Source: Schmidtea polychroa | Lineage: Eukaryota | Assembly (NCBI GenBank): GCA_044892525.1 | Contig: CM097885.1 | Coordinates: 18,106,001-18,170,000 of the forward strand | Direction: 5' to 3' | Length of the DNA: 64,000 bases | In this document: piece after piece, positions 23,256-37,543 of the stretch | Layout: the number at the start of each line of letters is the position of its first letter | Position numbering within the stretch: the stretch's first letter is position 1 | The notes under the pieces: generated by a model | Database searches by the model: none | What the model was told of the DNA's origin: nothing | The model's input: only the letters and a program-made list of their open reading frames with translations | Program-made: the position numbers and the translations under genes

Positions 23256-25259
23256 GTAACACAGTTATGGGTAATGTCAACAATGTTGAAGTAAATGTTC
23301 CGGACGAAGAAAATGATGAATATATTCATCCACATTTCCCAGACGATGAATATGTTCACCCTCATTTTAAGTACGAAAAAGATAATCAATATGCACTTCA
23401 ACAATTCTCGGATAAATTTTGAATTAAAATAAAGTTTATTAAATAGTGGGCAATTATTAAATAATTAATTGGTACGGTGTCACCAGGAAATATGGCACCA
23501 TCAGCCAATAATATTTTGCTTGAAAATTCTCACGATATAAAAGATTAAACACTTACCCCGATGGTAACGGAAATCTTAGATGATGTCACAGAAGGAATCA
23601 ATCATTCGAGATGCCAAACAAAACAATAACAAGATCAGGCAGGCGTATGATTCCGCCTTCTCAGTTCAACGACTATGGATGAAGGATGTTGTAAATAAGT
23701 TTGTGCAAATATTCTAAATATCACCAAATTCAGGATATTTAAATTAGTGAATAAAACATGTCTTCAAGTTTCAAATTAGTTCTTGTTCAGTTTTTTATTT
23801 CAATTTATATTATCATTACAAACAAGAAATAATTACAGTAAAATGGTGTCAGAAGATAAACATATGTCAACAATAACAATTTTGATTGTTTTCATCAATG
23901 AGAATGAAATTGTTGCATTTATTTCCAGCTTTTATGTTATTTATTCGAGTTTCGAGGAGCATCCCAGGGAAATATGAGATGTAGAACTACTTGTAACAAT
24001 TGTTGGTCAATTTTATAACTATTTGAGACTGATATCAATTACAATAAATGTCACAGTTAGAAACATAGCATCTAATGTAGCTCTCGGTCCTTTACAGTCC
24101 GAACCAAATGTTTTAGAAACGTTGCTGTATTAGGTTTATACTTGCCGTCTGCACTTTTATATAACATCAATTCAAGAAATCTACATTGAAATTAGTTCAC
24201 CTTTTAACACAATCATCGGCATTACATATTCAAATATGACATTTTGGAAATGAATGTCACACAAAATATTAAATGGCTTCAATCCATTGATGCTGTTGTC
24301 CATAAAACTCAGGTAGAAGCATTTTTGTGATTCTTTACACGAAATATATCTACAAAATTAAAACTACTAGAAATCACATAGAAACAGAACTCCTCTTATT
24401 TTTGTGAAAAGACGATAGATGGAAATGGGTTCATTTTGAATTTATTCTGCAGTAGTGACACTTATTCAAGACATTGTAGTTATTAATTAACTTGACTATG
24501 AATCGGGAAGTATATCGATATTTTTGATATATTTACTGATTCATAGTCAAACCTTTTAATAAATACAATGTCAATGGAAAAGAAATCAGTAGTGAAATTT
24601 GACAAAAAAGTTCTTATAATACTTATTCAAGAGCTTAGATTATAAACAAATCTCTAAATGTTCATTCTCCTTTCACTTTAGCTAAAGCGCCATAGTTACT
24701 GCAATATCTCAAATTATAACATAACAGTTCTCTCTAACTTACCTCCAAAGGTTTAATCTAAAACAATAATTCACAAGACTACAAAATCGAATATGCCAAA
24801 AGTGCAGAAAGAAACAATAATTTCATGAATGATCAAGGTTCTGAGACTAACTCAAATGAAAATTACGCCTATTAAAACAATTTCAGATTCATGATGAAAC
24901 AAATAGTCCAGAGACAAACACAACAATTCCAAAGAATACTCGGAATTTGGAAAGTACTTGCAATCCAAGATTAGATCAAAAAACATACGAATCGAACATA
25001 TCAAACTAGTTCAAATATCTAACTATTCAACAAAATAGATATCCTTCGCATATTGGAAAAGTGAAAGAAAAATACTCTTACGTAGTCAAATATTTATTAA
25101 TAAAAATGTACAATTACATAATGAATATGTAAGAAATAAATACAGTGAATTCTCTTGTCTGCCATTTTAACGACGCTGGCACTTATACACACACACATAC
25201 ACACGCAGTCAAAGATAAACAAAAGTTAATCAATAAGCATCGTACAGCCTTGGGAGTTA

Positions 25260-25800
25260 GTTACTAAGGTGGTCAATGTTAAAGTGGTGGAGGATACGAC
25301 AAATGTCAAGAAGAATGGTCGTAGTTTCCACATTAAAGATCCAAAAAAACAGAATAAAATCATCACGACATTGATGAAATGTCGTTTCAAAATCATTCAA
25401 AAAAGGGTTATTGATGGAAGTATAGTTATTTCTCCACTTTCCAATCAATAAAACTCTTCTTTCAAATCAGATACTAACTGACAAATTTATGAAACAATAT
25501 TAAAAAACCCAGTTAAAGATCATGATCATTTCACTGGAAAATATTCAGGTACAAGCTATTCAATATGTAATTTAGCAAGACGAATTAGGCTACGCTTACC
25601 AATCGTATTTCCTAATTCGAGAGAATAGGATATACATTCTTTTATAAAGAATGATTGGAATAAATTTGAACATAGGAAAAAGTCTTATTTCAGTTAGGAC
25701 TAGTTTGTAAAGCCAATCGTTCATTGTAAAAAGTGCATTTATTGATTGTTATCAGTTCGTCAATGACTCAAAATGCTTCGAGCTATTTATTTAATCTCTA
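25260..25800 (+). pseudogene. Polinton pPolB N-terminal remnant (endonuclease VII-like plus exonuclease start)
   Basis: VKDHDHFTGKYSG...CNL, PIVFPN, FIDCYQF; frameshifted. Confidence 0.7.
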
Positions 25801-26237
25801 TAAACCAATTTTAATGAGAAATCATGGAAAGAATGTGAAACAAAATTAAATTAAAAAATTAAAGTTTATTGAAACAATTCGTTCTGATAATAATTTTTAA
25901 TATATTTGATAACGATTCCTTCGCCTTAGAATAGCTTGATACCCTGCCTGTCTATAATAAATGAGAATGATTAAATTTAATAGAATTAATCTTATCTTAG
26001 ATCCTTTCAACTCTAGCCCTTGAGATTTCAACGATATCTTTTTCATGTCTGATTGGAAATTATGAAGCACAACGGGGTCAATAAAAATAGATAACAATAT
26101 TAAGTTTATTAATTGATTAATTTAAATTAATTAGTAAGTTATTATTCCTCATTGGATCTATTATAAAACCTTAATAGAATATTCAAAATGAATATGCTTA
26201 TTTCCCCATTGTGCTTCACCTTTCCTCCAAACTTGAA

Positions 26238-27890
26238 TCAGTTATTGTCCTCTGTCAAACAACTCTTGTCAAATATATAACTTTTCCTAAGTTTATATTT
26301 CTTCAATATTCCATTGTTGTAATAATATCTAGAAAGTAAATATGATTGAAATGGAAAAGGTAAACAAATGAAAACCTCAAATTTCTTGACATGGATTCGT
26401 AAGTCATAGTTTCATTGCCTTGAAATATTCCCCATAAAGCGGCAATCTATTTAGTATTTTTGATGATGAAAGATCCTTCTTGTTCGTCTATCCACGCGAC
26501 TCCCATGTCATGTTGTCTTGCACATTTATCTTTTAGAACAAATAAGAAGAATTGCCACATTTCCATCCGACATGAAATGTTGTCACGAACGTTCTCAATA
26601 ATTTCTATTTGTTTTCTTGTTAACTCAAAATAAAATTTCGATTTTTTCGGAATGGGTCTCAAACTGATGTCTTTTACTGATCTTGAAGGTTTTGAACATT
26701 TCCTGATGTCATTAGAGGAAGAGTCAGAAACTTTTTCATTATATCTATTATCTTGTAACTTAAGATTGGAAGGTTGTAATTTTTGATGATTTATCAATTC
26801 CTTAGTTATGTAAGAATCTGCAGTCATGAATCCCGAGGACATATATCCACTATCATAATTCAGTTTTGGTAATTTATAATTATTATCATTATTATTTTCA
26901 TTTCCATCAAAATGGCAATTATCAAAACTTCTTTTTTTGTCAGTAGATAAAATCGAATTGTTTAATTCTTTCGGTTTGATTAGTCTATGAATTAGTTTTG
27001 GTTTTTTCTTCGTATGAATTTGATTTTGAATATTTACAAAATCATTAGGAGCAGATTCATATACATAATTTTCAGTCATATAACCAGACATGTTATTTGC
27101 CATTGGTGTATATAAATGGGCGTTGGAATAATTTGGATAGTTACTGTTAGGTAGACTTATATATCCGGATGGGATTCCGAAAGGTTGGGGCATAAATTGT
27201 AGGTCATTGTTATTGTGACTGTTGAATAATTGATGATTGTTGTTTATGTTCAATAAATTTTGATTCGAAATAAATTGGTTATTATTATTATTATTATAAT
27301 CATTTTGCAATGAAGTATTATTGTTTATTCCAAATGTCGATTCATATTGATTATAATTCTGATTGTAAGGATTATAAATAAAGTTATTAGACATTGATGG
27401 GGTCAATGGATCTTGAGGAAGAGGTTGATCGATTAATGGACTGAACTCTAAAATAACAATGAATAAAGTCAGTGAATTTTTTAAATATTACCAGGTAAAT
27501 CTTTAATGATTTCATCGAATACTAAAGAAATTAGAACATATAATTTAAATGGTATACTTAATAAATTGCTTACGCTCATTGTCGGGCAAAAAGCTATCAG
27601 ATTGATCTAAATTTAAATAAATTAAATAAAGTTAATTAAAATATTTAATAATTACCTTTAAAAATCTCGTCGAACCAAGCTTGATCATCCTGGTTCATTG
27701 TATCTGAATGATGGATATTTCAATTAAATACTCATGATAGGATATATAATCTCTTACCTAATACATTTCCAAATAAATCACAGTTGCTTTGAAAATGATT
27801 TTTCTTGTTTAAATTATCGGTAATAATATTATTCTGAAACGATATATAAATTGAATATTATACAAATGATAAACTGACATTGTTTTGCAT
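26238..27890 (-). pseudogene. ETS transcription factor copy A2, nonsense mutation inside the ETS domain
   Basis: Offset 7539 from A1; AAG>TAG at 26447-26449, before the recognition helix. Confidence 0.9.
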
Positions 27891-28744
27891 TTTAATCGTT
27901 TAGTTATTATTGAATCTGCGAATTCTTATATAGCAGAAATATTCAATAAAAATAAAGAATAGAAGGATTGAAATTTGAAAGGATTGGTTTTCCATTTTAT
28001 TTGATATTGCTGCATAATACATTGAATTTCTTGTATAGATAGTTGTTTTATAAAATTGTTATCCATCTTGATTAATTTACAAATGAAATTCATAGATTTT
28101 GGTAGGCTTGATTTTAATATTCGACACTTTCTAACAGAAGTTTATCGTTATCATATTAAAAATATTGATTTTTAAAAATCTTTGATAACTCAAAATTGTC
28201 CTAGTAACAAATAATATGATGTCATATGAAATAACACTAATAAAATTTATTGATTGTTATTCCGGTTAACGATATTCAGTAAAATTTGTCGTTCAATGTT
28301 ATAAAGTAAAATCATAATAATTTATATGTGAATATTAAACATTTGATCTACATTATTTTTATTGAATATTGTTAAAATTTATCGTGTTTCTGTTTGTAAT
28401 TAATTAATTTTTTTAATATTACGCATTAATTTTATTATTTTCCAATGAGATTTCAATATGTTAACTGTAATTAAATAAAAATATGAGTTAAAATAACGAT
28501 ACTTTCCAAAATAATAAACAAGGCTGATATGATTTTTTTCACAAAAATGAAATAGGAGGGTGTATAAACGGGAGATTTGTTTAATATGTTTCAATAAATA
28601 ATTTTTAATGATCAAAATTATTCTGCTATTTTTGATATTTGTAATTTCGGTTACTTAGAAATATGTATGATTTAATTTCGAAGGAAGACTGACATTGACA
28701 AAATTTGACATAAAACTTGTAAATTTAACGAACTCTATTATTAA

Positions 28745-28948
28745 CCACTTGCCTGGCGCGCGCTCAAAAATGTGTACCATTTCAGACGAGCGCTCACATG
28801 TGAGCGCAAACTCATATAGAAAAAATATTGTCCTTTGAACTCGGAAAATTGAAAAAAAATATTTACGTTATATTTTGATTATATTAATGATTTAAAAAAA
28901 TAGTTTTTTTTTGACCGAAAACATGAAAAAAAATCGCCCGGCAAGTGG
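28745..28948. mobile_element. piggyBac-type MITE, 204 bp
   Basis: TTAA on both sides; TIR ccacttgcc(t/g)ggcg, 13/14 match; internal palindrome gcgctcacatgtgagcgc. Confidence 0.85.
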
Positions 28949-29889
28949 TTAAGTTACAAAACCAAATAACTGATCATAGTTATTATGAGATAATACAATG
29001 AGCTATTATAAATAACAATCTGAAATTACTTTCAAATGTTTGTTGCTGGAGAGAGCTGCAATTGTGTTTGAACACAGGGTTTTTGTTGACTTTACGCCTG
29101 CTAATGTTAAAGCTAGTTTTGAAAAGTCTAGCCATTTTGCGAAGTTCCATTTTCATAGGTGAAATAGTTAGGGATATTCGGTTTTGTGTTTATAATTAAA
29201 TTTATAGAAAATGGGTTAAACTGAGGATAAGAATTGTCGTTCATTAGTGGAGTATTTTCTTCATTTATGTTTGTGGAGCCTTCGAATGTTCGGTTGCCTT
29301 CTTGTCAAAAGAGGTTGTTTGCGTTTGTTTGTATTAGCTGTTAATGTTTGTTTATGTTCTAAAGAAATTAGTTTAATTCAGGATATGGCTTACTGTGTTC
29401 AGCCAAAAGTACCACTATTCTTAACACATCTATATTAGGTATCTATATTAGGGATTGTGGTCGAAAAATAAATTTCGCGAGTGTGTTTTGTATTTTTGCT
29501 TCTGAAACCAGTTATATTGTAAAATGTTTATGTCTACGTTTATAATGTATGTTATGTTATTAATGTTTGCTTGTAGAGTGAAGAGATATGTAGGGTCCAA
29601 CAGAGTCTCATTTAAAACTTGTATTTAGATAGTTGGGGTGAATGTATATCTAATTTGTGTGCCTGTGTAGATTTTAAGAATGTGAAAAACAAATAAAAAT
29701 TATTATCCATTTAACATAAAACGCACTGAAACAAATGTTTACAACTTTTATTGAAATAACAAAATAGAAAAAAACCTTTAGATTTGGATCATAAACATAT
29801 TTTTAGATTTCATCATTTTTTCTTTAAATTTGCATTCTTTTCTAAATCCTACTAGTATTTTTTTAATATTAACTTTTTTAATAATATTT

Positions 29890-30068
<179 letters not shown>

Positions 30069-30159
30069 GTAGTATATAATGAGGACTCCAGGAATATAGG
30101 TCAATTGAATCATTTATTATTATTATTATTTTTTTTTAAATTAACATTTTATTTAATAA

Positions 30160-30294
30160 ATTCCTTCTCCAAAAGTATTTAGAATTCAAAAAATATTGAA
30201 AACTAAAAAGGTCGGCAAGGATAAACAATACTATGTCAAATGGCATGGTTATCAAAACCCGTCATGGATATCAGCAAAAGACCTAGTAAAGTGA
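30160..30294 (+). pseudogene. Chromodomain C-terminus of the Polinton retroviral-like integrase (also 53729..53863)
   Basis: [36 protein letters not shown]; not in the ORF track; stop overlaps the probable penton start. Confidence 0.8.
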
Positions 30295-31313
30295 ATTTTT
30301 ATACTATTTTGCCGAGCAATAGTTGCTCATTAATTCATCCAGACAATCAAGCCAGTAAATTTATGGTCAATCTCCAGAATCCGATTTCTTTAAATGGTGA
30401 CTGGGAAGTTGCACTGCAAGATTTTACATTCGTGTACAACACATTCCCATTTTATAGTCAATGTAAGATTGATTTCAAAAGGAATATTGTGAAAACATGT
30501 AGCGGTATCTTTATTATCAGTAATTATGATAAAACATATCATATTCCGAATCAAATATTAGATTCGCATTGCTATATGTTTTACAAGGATGGATTAAATA
30601 TCAGTTGTGATTTTAAACCATTTACAATAACATTCGAAACTATTGAAGATGCCAAACGAATGGGTTGCAATAAGTTGAAAAATATTGTTACAGAGATCGA
30701 GTATTTATTACGTTTTAATCTATTTGAAGCAAACAGTGTAATGAAAGAAGAAATCAAAATATCGGTCTCGTATAATGATGAAGTTGAAGAATCATTTACC
30801 TTTGCTGATGAATTATATTTTGATAAACTCGATGTATTACTTAAATATTTAAAGTTCAATTGTTCACACATATTTAAAAATTTGGAAATTGTGAAAGATT
30901 TGATGTTTACCTTCAGTTTGAATGATGATATTTGCGAAGTTACATTTGATAAAAATTTGGCAAATTCACTTGGATTAGATAAGCAAAAATATCGAGAAAA
31001 ATCGACTGGTATACGCAAACCAAGAATACTAGAACATCATCAACAAATGTTCATATATACTAACATTATCGAACCCATAATTGTTGGTGATTCCAATGTT
31101 CCTCTTTTGAAATCGGTATGGATTGGCAAATATGAACATGATGAAGTTGTCAATATAAATATCGATAATCCCATGTATTTACCAATAGCAAGTTCATGTA
31201 TAAACAATATAGAAATAAATATTCGTGATGATAGTGGAAAACTTATAAACTTTCCAAAAGGTTCAAAAACTCATTTGACATTACATTTTCGTAAAGTAGA
31301 TGGCAAATTCTGA
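30240..31313 (+). CDS. Polinton/adintovirus penton (minor capsid), copy B; homologous start probably 30291
   Basis: FYTILPSNS..HPDN..SKF.V.L..PI.L.GDWEVAL; FIYTNIIEPIIVGD..VPLLK; IEINIRDDSG..F..G..LTLHFR. Confidence 0.85.
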   Translation: MAWLSKPVMDISKRPSKVNFYTILPSNSCSLIHPDNQASKFMVNLQNPISLNGDWEVALQDFTFVYNTFPFYSQCKIDFKRNIVKTCSGIFIISNYDKTYHIPNQILDSHCYMFYKDGLNISCDFKPFTITFETIEDAKRMGCNKLKNIVTEIEYLLRFNLFEANSVMKEEIKISVSYNDEVEESFTFADELYFDKLDVLLKYLKFNCSHIFKNLEIVKDLMFTFSLNDDICEVTFDKNLANSLGLDKQKYREKSTGIRKPRILEHHQQMFIYTNIIEPIIVGDSNVPLLKSVWIGKYEHDEVVNINIDNPMYLPIASSCINNIEINIRDDSGKLINFPKGSKTHLTLHFRKVDGKF

Positions 31314-31663
31314 TATTATTAGTATGTATAGTGGTAGCCAATCTGGTGGCGAATTACCATATTTTATTGGTAAACAGTACGGATCGGGATGGTTGAGAAC
31401 AATTGGTAGATTTGCATTGCCTATTCTTAAACGTATTGGTAGTTTTGGTATGAAAACTGCAAAAGACGTTATTATGAATGAACAGAAAATATTACCATCT
31501 CTAAAAACAAATGCTTTAGCTGAATTAGGGAAAGTTTTACCAGGGGTTGCAGGTATGTTTCAAAAAATCTCCAGCTCCCGCTCCTGTTCCAAAACGTAAA
31601 AGACATGGAATATCACGTATAAACAAACGAATGAAAGGACATGGAACTATATTTGCAAAATGA
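31300..31663 (+). pseudogene. Polinton small basic/amphipathic core protein, copy B; basic tail frameshifted
   Basis: Y..SQSGGELPYF.G.QYGSGWLRTIGRFALPILK; alternate frame PAPVPKRKRHGISRINKRMKGHGTIFAK* overlaps the hexon ATG. Confidence 0.7.
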
Positions 31664-31784
31664 TTTGTGGTAAATCTGAATTATGTATATTTGATAGACC
31701 GTCGCCCCAGGCTGTAATAGAATTTGGGGCATTTGAGGAAGTTTTTCCTATGAATTCAATTACCGATAGTAGAAATGATATAGA

Positions 31785-33407
31785 GTAAATCAAAGTACAG
31801 GAGAGACCCCTTTTTACTTGATGTATTTAAGGAAAAATAATATGCCGATTGATCTCAAATTCCAACCACCAATTTCACAATATATGGAGATACCCGATTA
31901 TAAAGCAGGTTTGACAATAAAGCACAACCAAGAGAAATATAAAGAATCATACGATAAAAAAGCACATGCGCATGGCATAAAGATTGGAGATCTAGTATAT
32001 CTGAACAGACCGGAACCTCTCAAAGGTTTATCGCCTAAATTGCAAAGACCATTTAAAGGACCCTACAAAGTGTGCGACACCACCGAAACCAATTTGAAGT
32101 TATTACCATTCAGGAGTAAAAAGGCTAACCCGATGATTGTGCATGCAAATCGATGTAAACTAGTGCCAGAGGAAGATGAATCTAGATACCCCTTAAGATC
32201 CAAGCAGAATAAAGTAACGGGTCAAACAAAATTGAAACAGAAATTCACGAAAAATCCAACACCAGTCAGCTACATCAATAAGATATTATATGTAGCAATA
32301 ATGCTGATGTTAGTAACAGTTGCGAGCGGCAAAAAGATTGATTTACCATATGCGGTAAACAAAATCCGAGGAATGGAGAAAATACATATATATTCCACTC
32401 TAACAAATATAGTATGGAGCTGTAAATGCGAGATCGCAGACCAAATAGAAATTATTAATTTACTAGCCAATACGGCACCAGTGGTAGAACTGAATTATGA
32501 TAAAGATATAGTTGCGGTACGAAAGTTAAAGCCAAATTACAAATACCAATGGCTGTTGAGACAGAACATGTCAAAGTGGTACACGCAAATTCCGATAGAA
32601 GTGCACACAAAAGAGATGCGAAACTTGATCGAGATAGAACCAGAGATAAACGGAATCAATATATATTGGAAGCCAGTGGACTTGGTGAAAGTGCGACTCA
32701 CATTTCAAGGGTTAAATGTCGACACCCTTAACTCGCGAAAATCATTTATCCGCTACGAGAAATTGAAAATGAATCAAAATTATTCAGTTAATGCAAACTA
32801 CTACGAGAACATATGCCTCGAAAATGGAACGGTAGTGAGAAACCAATGGTCACGATTTAAGAGTGAGACCCAGTCTATCTATCTCAGAGACGAGTCAAAT
32901 CGTATAACCCTTATATAGAAACGATATATAGTATAAACGATATATAGAAAATCAGGAAATGATGAAAGAGTTGTTATTATCTACAAACAAAAAACCCTGA
33001 CTATATTAGATGCCGGTAATCATTTTTTTACACTTTACACTTCTGATTTAGAGACGGCATGGGAATTAACAGTTAAATATCAGCGATGGATAACCGATCC
33101 AGGCAGATGGCAAACAGTTTTCGTGGAAGTCAAGACAATCAATGAATCGAAACGAAAATCATATACAACCACATCACCTTTCCAATTACCGACCCAAGAG
33201 ACGACAAAACCTAACTCAAACAAACTAATGATGATAAATTCGGATTTGACAGTCAACTATTGTGAATATCTCATTTACATTTTAATAACAGGTTTTCTCA
33301 TCTTATCAATAACATTCATAATCATCACCATCTTGATATGTGTAAAAGAGAGACAACTAACTATCCTTCAACCACCATCATATTCATATTATGAGACAAG
33401 ACTATAA
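31785..33407 (+). mobile_element. Gypsy integrase tail plus membrane protein, copy B
   Basis: Duplicate of 642..2264. Confidence 0.8.
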
Positions 33408-36400
33408 ATTGTGATCTGCATGAATAGTGTATAAAAAAAAATATATATTACATTTATATTAACAATGTGCATGTTTTATAAGTACCATAGGATGAACTGT
33501 GTAATTTGTTTGAGATTCGAAGCGAGGTGTTGATGCTTTGCGAATAAAGAGTGATACAAAAAAAAATAACTATCATTTAATTTCAGAGAATGCAAGAAGC
33601 CTCGGAGATGACATGCAAAGAGTGTAAAACAAGTACGCAAGAACTAAAACAAAAGTTTCGTAGCATGCAGGGCAGAATAACAGATTTGGAGGAAGAAAAC
33701 TTCCGTCTGAAAAGGCGGTTGGACCGTTTGGAAATCTTATTGTTTCAACACGAAGCCGATTTCGCGATGTTTCGAATGAGAGTAGAAGAAATGGAGGAAT
33801 CGGAAGATGATGGTGAGATAAATCAATTAGACTAAAAAAATAAATTATTTAAACGGACCCTGTTGGTGTTTTTTCGTCCTCGAGAAAAAAAAATAATAGT
33901 TAAATAATTATAAGTAAATTAACAAATAATCAAATGAATAAACAAATTGATATAAATAAATAAGTAAAAAAGTGATAAATTAAATGAATGAATAATAGAT
34001 AAAAATGAACAAAGTTAAACGAGCAAATAGAATAACTCAAATAAATGTTGCAAATAATGAAATGACTACCTTAAATGAGCATTAGAAATAAATAATATGG
34101 CTGATTAGTAATTAATGAATTAGCATAACTATATAGCAATGGGTAACCCACTGGGCGAGAGAACAAAATTTTAAATAAGTAAGGAATAATTTAGTAGTAA
34201 CAAAGACTAATCGCGAAGAGGGACACAATTACCCCACCCTTTCTAGCATAAATTAAAAACAAAGGTATGCTGAACATTTATTCAAAGTTTATTCGTCATC
34301 AGAGTCCAACAGAACGGGACTTTGGATGCCACAGTCCCATTCCCTGCGTACATTGCAAGGCGGGCGTCGTTCAAACCTACTGCCTGTATCCACACAGGCA
34401 AAGGTACGTTTCAATCCCTTTCGACGCGGTGGTAAAGGGACCCTGAAAAAGAAATTAAAAAAACCTGTTAGTATGGCAGTTAAATAACCATTGCATAACA
34501 TCGAGATGTTCAAACTTAGGTTCTGGCACAGCCTAAAATAGTAAGGGTTGAAAAGAAAAAACGAAATAAATACTATGTAAAACTCCGTACCATGGCGCCC
34601 TCGACAAATAATTAGTGCAGGGAAGTAATTGATTTTAAGAATTACGTAATAAATTAATAAGTATAAATACGGCTAAAATTGTCAGAAAAATACGAGTAGC
34701 TGTAATTAGAGGTTTGCTTTTAGTATAAATACAAAATCAAAAATCAAAAATATATGACCCAAAACATGAGTGTAGGTAGTTGCATAAACAAATTAACGAA
34801 TTAAAATTAAAAAGTAAATAAGTTAATTTAATAAGCATCAATAAGTTAATTTAATATGCAACACGAGCACTTGCAATCACCGGGGTTTGGCTACCCTGGA
34901 CAGCGATTGCAAGTGTTCGGTTACTATGAGGGTAGTTGAGGACAGCATGGTAAAAAGAATCACAAATACAAAAAATAACAAAAGATAGTTAATCACTTAC
35001 GTCCATAGTAATTGAGGGATGGCGTTACTAAAATTCAAAGAAAAATATGAAAAAGAAAAATAAAATATAAAATGCTTACTTCAAGATTGGCAAGACAAAA
35101 CTAACGAAAAGTGGTAAAGCAGAAACTTATATAGAACGCTTATCAGTACAGACTACGTTGACAAACTACAGAGTAATTAATTAGAAAGCTTATCAGCACG
35201 GCTACGTAAGAAACCACAGGGTAATTAATTATAGAGCCTATCGGTATCGGCTACGTCAAAAACCGCAGGATAAGAAAAAATTCATTCGGAATATTAATGT
35301 TCATCGCAGATACCTTATCAGGCTGAGTAAACAGTCGGTCGGTGCGGGGGAGATTAACTTTTTACCATGCTGCGAGCGAAATAAACCAACAAGTTATTAA
35401 TAACAAAAAAAAAATTATTTTTAAATCATAATATTAATAATAATAGTAATAATGATGAAAGGAAAAAAAAAATAATAAAATAAATAAATTACCTTGCAAC
35501 TGAGAATAAATTAGGCATATATTCTGCACATAAAAATCGATTTCCGCAATCAATAAAATAAAAAAAATTTTATCAGTGGTTTATCAAAATAAAAGCACCA
35601 GAAAATTCGAGTCACAATGGCTTCCAAAATTCAATATGCGCTCCCTAGAAATATTTAAAACCAACCAATTCTGTTATTGGGTTGAGCTAATTTTTGTTCC
35701 CGGGTCGATAATAAAATTTGCGGTTGTGTCTGATAAGTAGAATGACTGACCAATCAGATTGAAATACATTCACCATTGGGATGAATTTTGAAGAAAATTG
35801 ACACACACATACACGCAAGTGCACTCATTTATAGATACACACAAAGAACCCCGATTAATGTACAAGTACCGTGAACTACTTAATCGTAAAGACACACACA
35901 CAGACAGACACACAAGCATGATTCCAACAAAATATAATTTAATTTAAAAATTTTTTTGAAACAACTAAATAACTTTTTATGATTGCAATTTTTTTATGAA
36001 TTAATTATTCAAATCAAACTTTATTTTCATCTCAGAGAATTAAAATTTTTATGAGAATTTACGTGGATAATAAAATTAAAACAACTTTTGAATGTTAAAT
36101 GAATATGTAGACCACATAATTTAGCTAATTGAATGTCTTTAATTTGGCCATTTTGCTTCAATTTCCACTTTTGTATAAAGAAATTATATTAAATCAATTT
36201 CACCTTTAATACTTTTTCAGTGTTCTGTACCTCAGAATACTCAAATGAAATACTGTACGACACCATTTTTGAGTAATTCACATTTTGCGATTAAATAGTT
36301 TCATTTATTTTTAATTACCTCCTAATGAAGATTTTTAAGTAAAATAATTTTCACTATGTTTTCAATTTTTTTTAAAATAATAATCTAATTAAAATATTTA

Positions 36401-37543
36401 ATATGAATTAATCATAAAACTTAAATTTTTGAAGAAGTTTATGTTTCACGTAGATCATCAATTCTTAACATTCCTCAATCATTGCTTCTAACTGCATAGC
36501 ATTCTGGAACCATATATTCATATCTCTAATAAATTCATCATTTATTCTGAGAGAGGTTTTAACTACAATAACCTTACCAGACTGTCTTTGGTCTACTCGA
36601 CCATTTGAAAGATCCTGAAAATGTCTAATATCAGATAATATCTTTAACTGTGTTTCGGATCAGAATTAAATAACTGTATCCTGAAAAAAAAAGGATCAGA
36701 TAATATCCTAAAAATCAATGCCAACAGTAGATACGAAAGCTGACGTAAAACTATCACCAGCACAACGAAATAAAAATGAAGTTTTCCCAACTGAATTATT
36801 TTTAGCATACATTGTTGAACGTCTGGAATAAAATTGGTGCGTGGTCCGCAAACGGTTAAATTGATTTCTTTCTTTTCTTCACAATGACTTGGTGAAACAG
36901 CTAAAAATTTACATCGATATAAATATTATATAACCAAATTCGGGTGCCATTACAAAATTACCTAAAACAATCGGTCGCCGATAGTTGACTAACAAAATAT
37001 ATGAGGCATAATCAAGTTAAATATTATTTAATAGTATATATTACATAAAAGTTTTTATAATCTTGTAAATGAAACCAAAAAAAAAATATTTCTTGCCAAA
37101 TATTGATTCGATTGATAACATTGATCACATTTGGATATTCAGTCATATTATTTTTACACAAAATATATAAACCTAAATTCAAGTTGCAAAATTAAAATTG
37201 AAATCATGTTTCACTACCATTCAAAATACTATCTTGATCAATGAACTCTTGGTAATATAAATAATATAAGCCTTGTTCGGTTCGGAACGAAATCAATTTT
37301 TCAACATCACTGATAAACTAATTACCAAAAACGGAACACGATTTTCCAATAATTAAAATTTTAAACATAATCAGAGTTTTGATCTTGCTTTCTTGATTTT
37401 GGAATCGTAATAATCTGATCAGAACTAAATAACTGTACTGTCAATCTGAGGGAAATTTCAAATACATATGGGAAATGGCTCAACGAATCACACGAAGAGG
37501 ATTTATTCGTGCTCACAATTTTTCATTGGACTATATTTGCAAA

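Noticed and set aside
29000..29660. Possible second decayed retroelement on the minus strand
   Set aside because: Only vague similarity; no diagnostic motif could be read
30581..31018. 145-aa minus-strand ORF (also 1127..1327, 8838..9068, 14998..15442, 22779..23024)
   Set aside because: Antisense shadows of recognisable coding sequence with no motifs of their own
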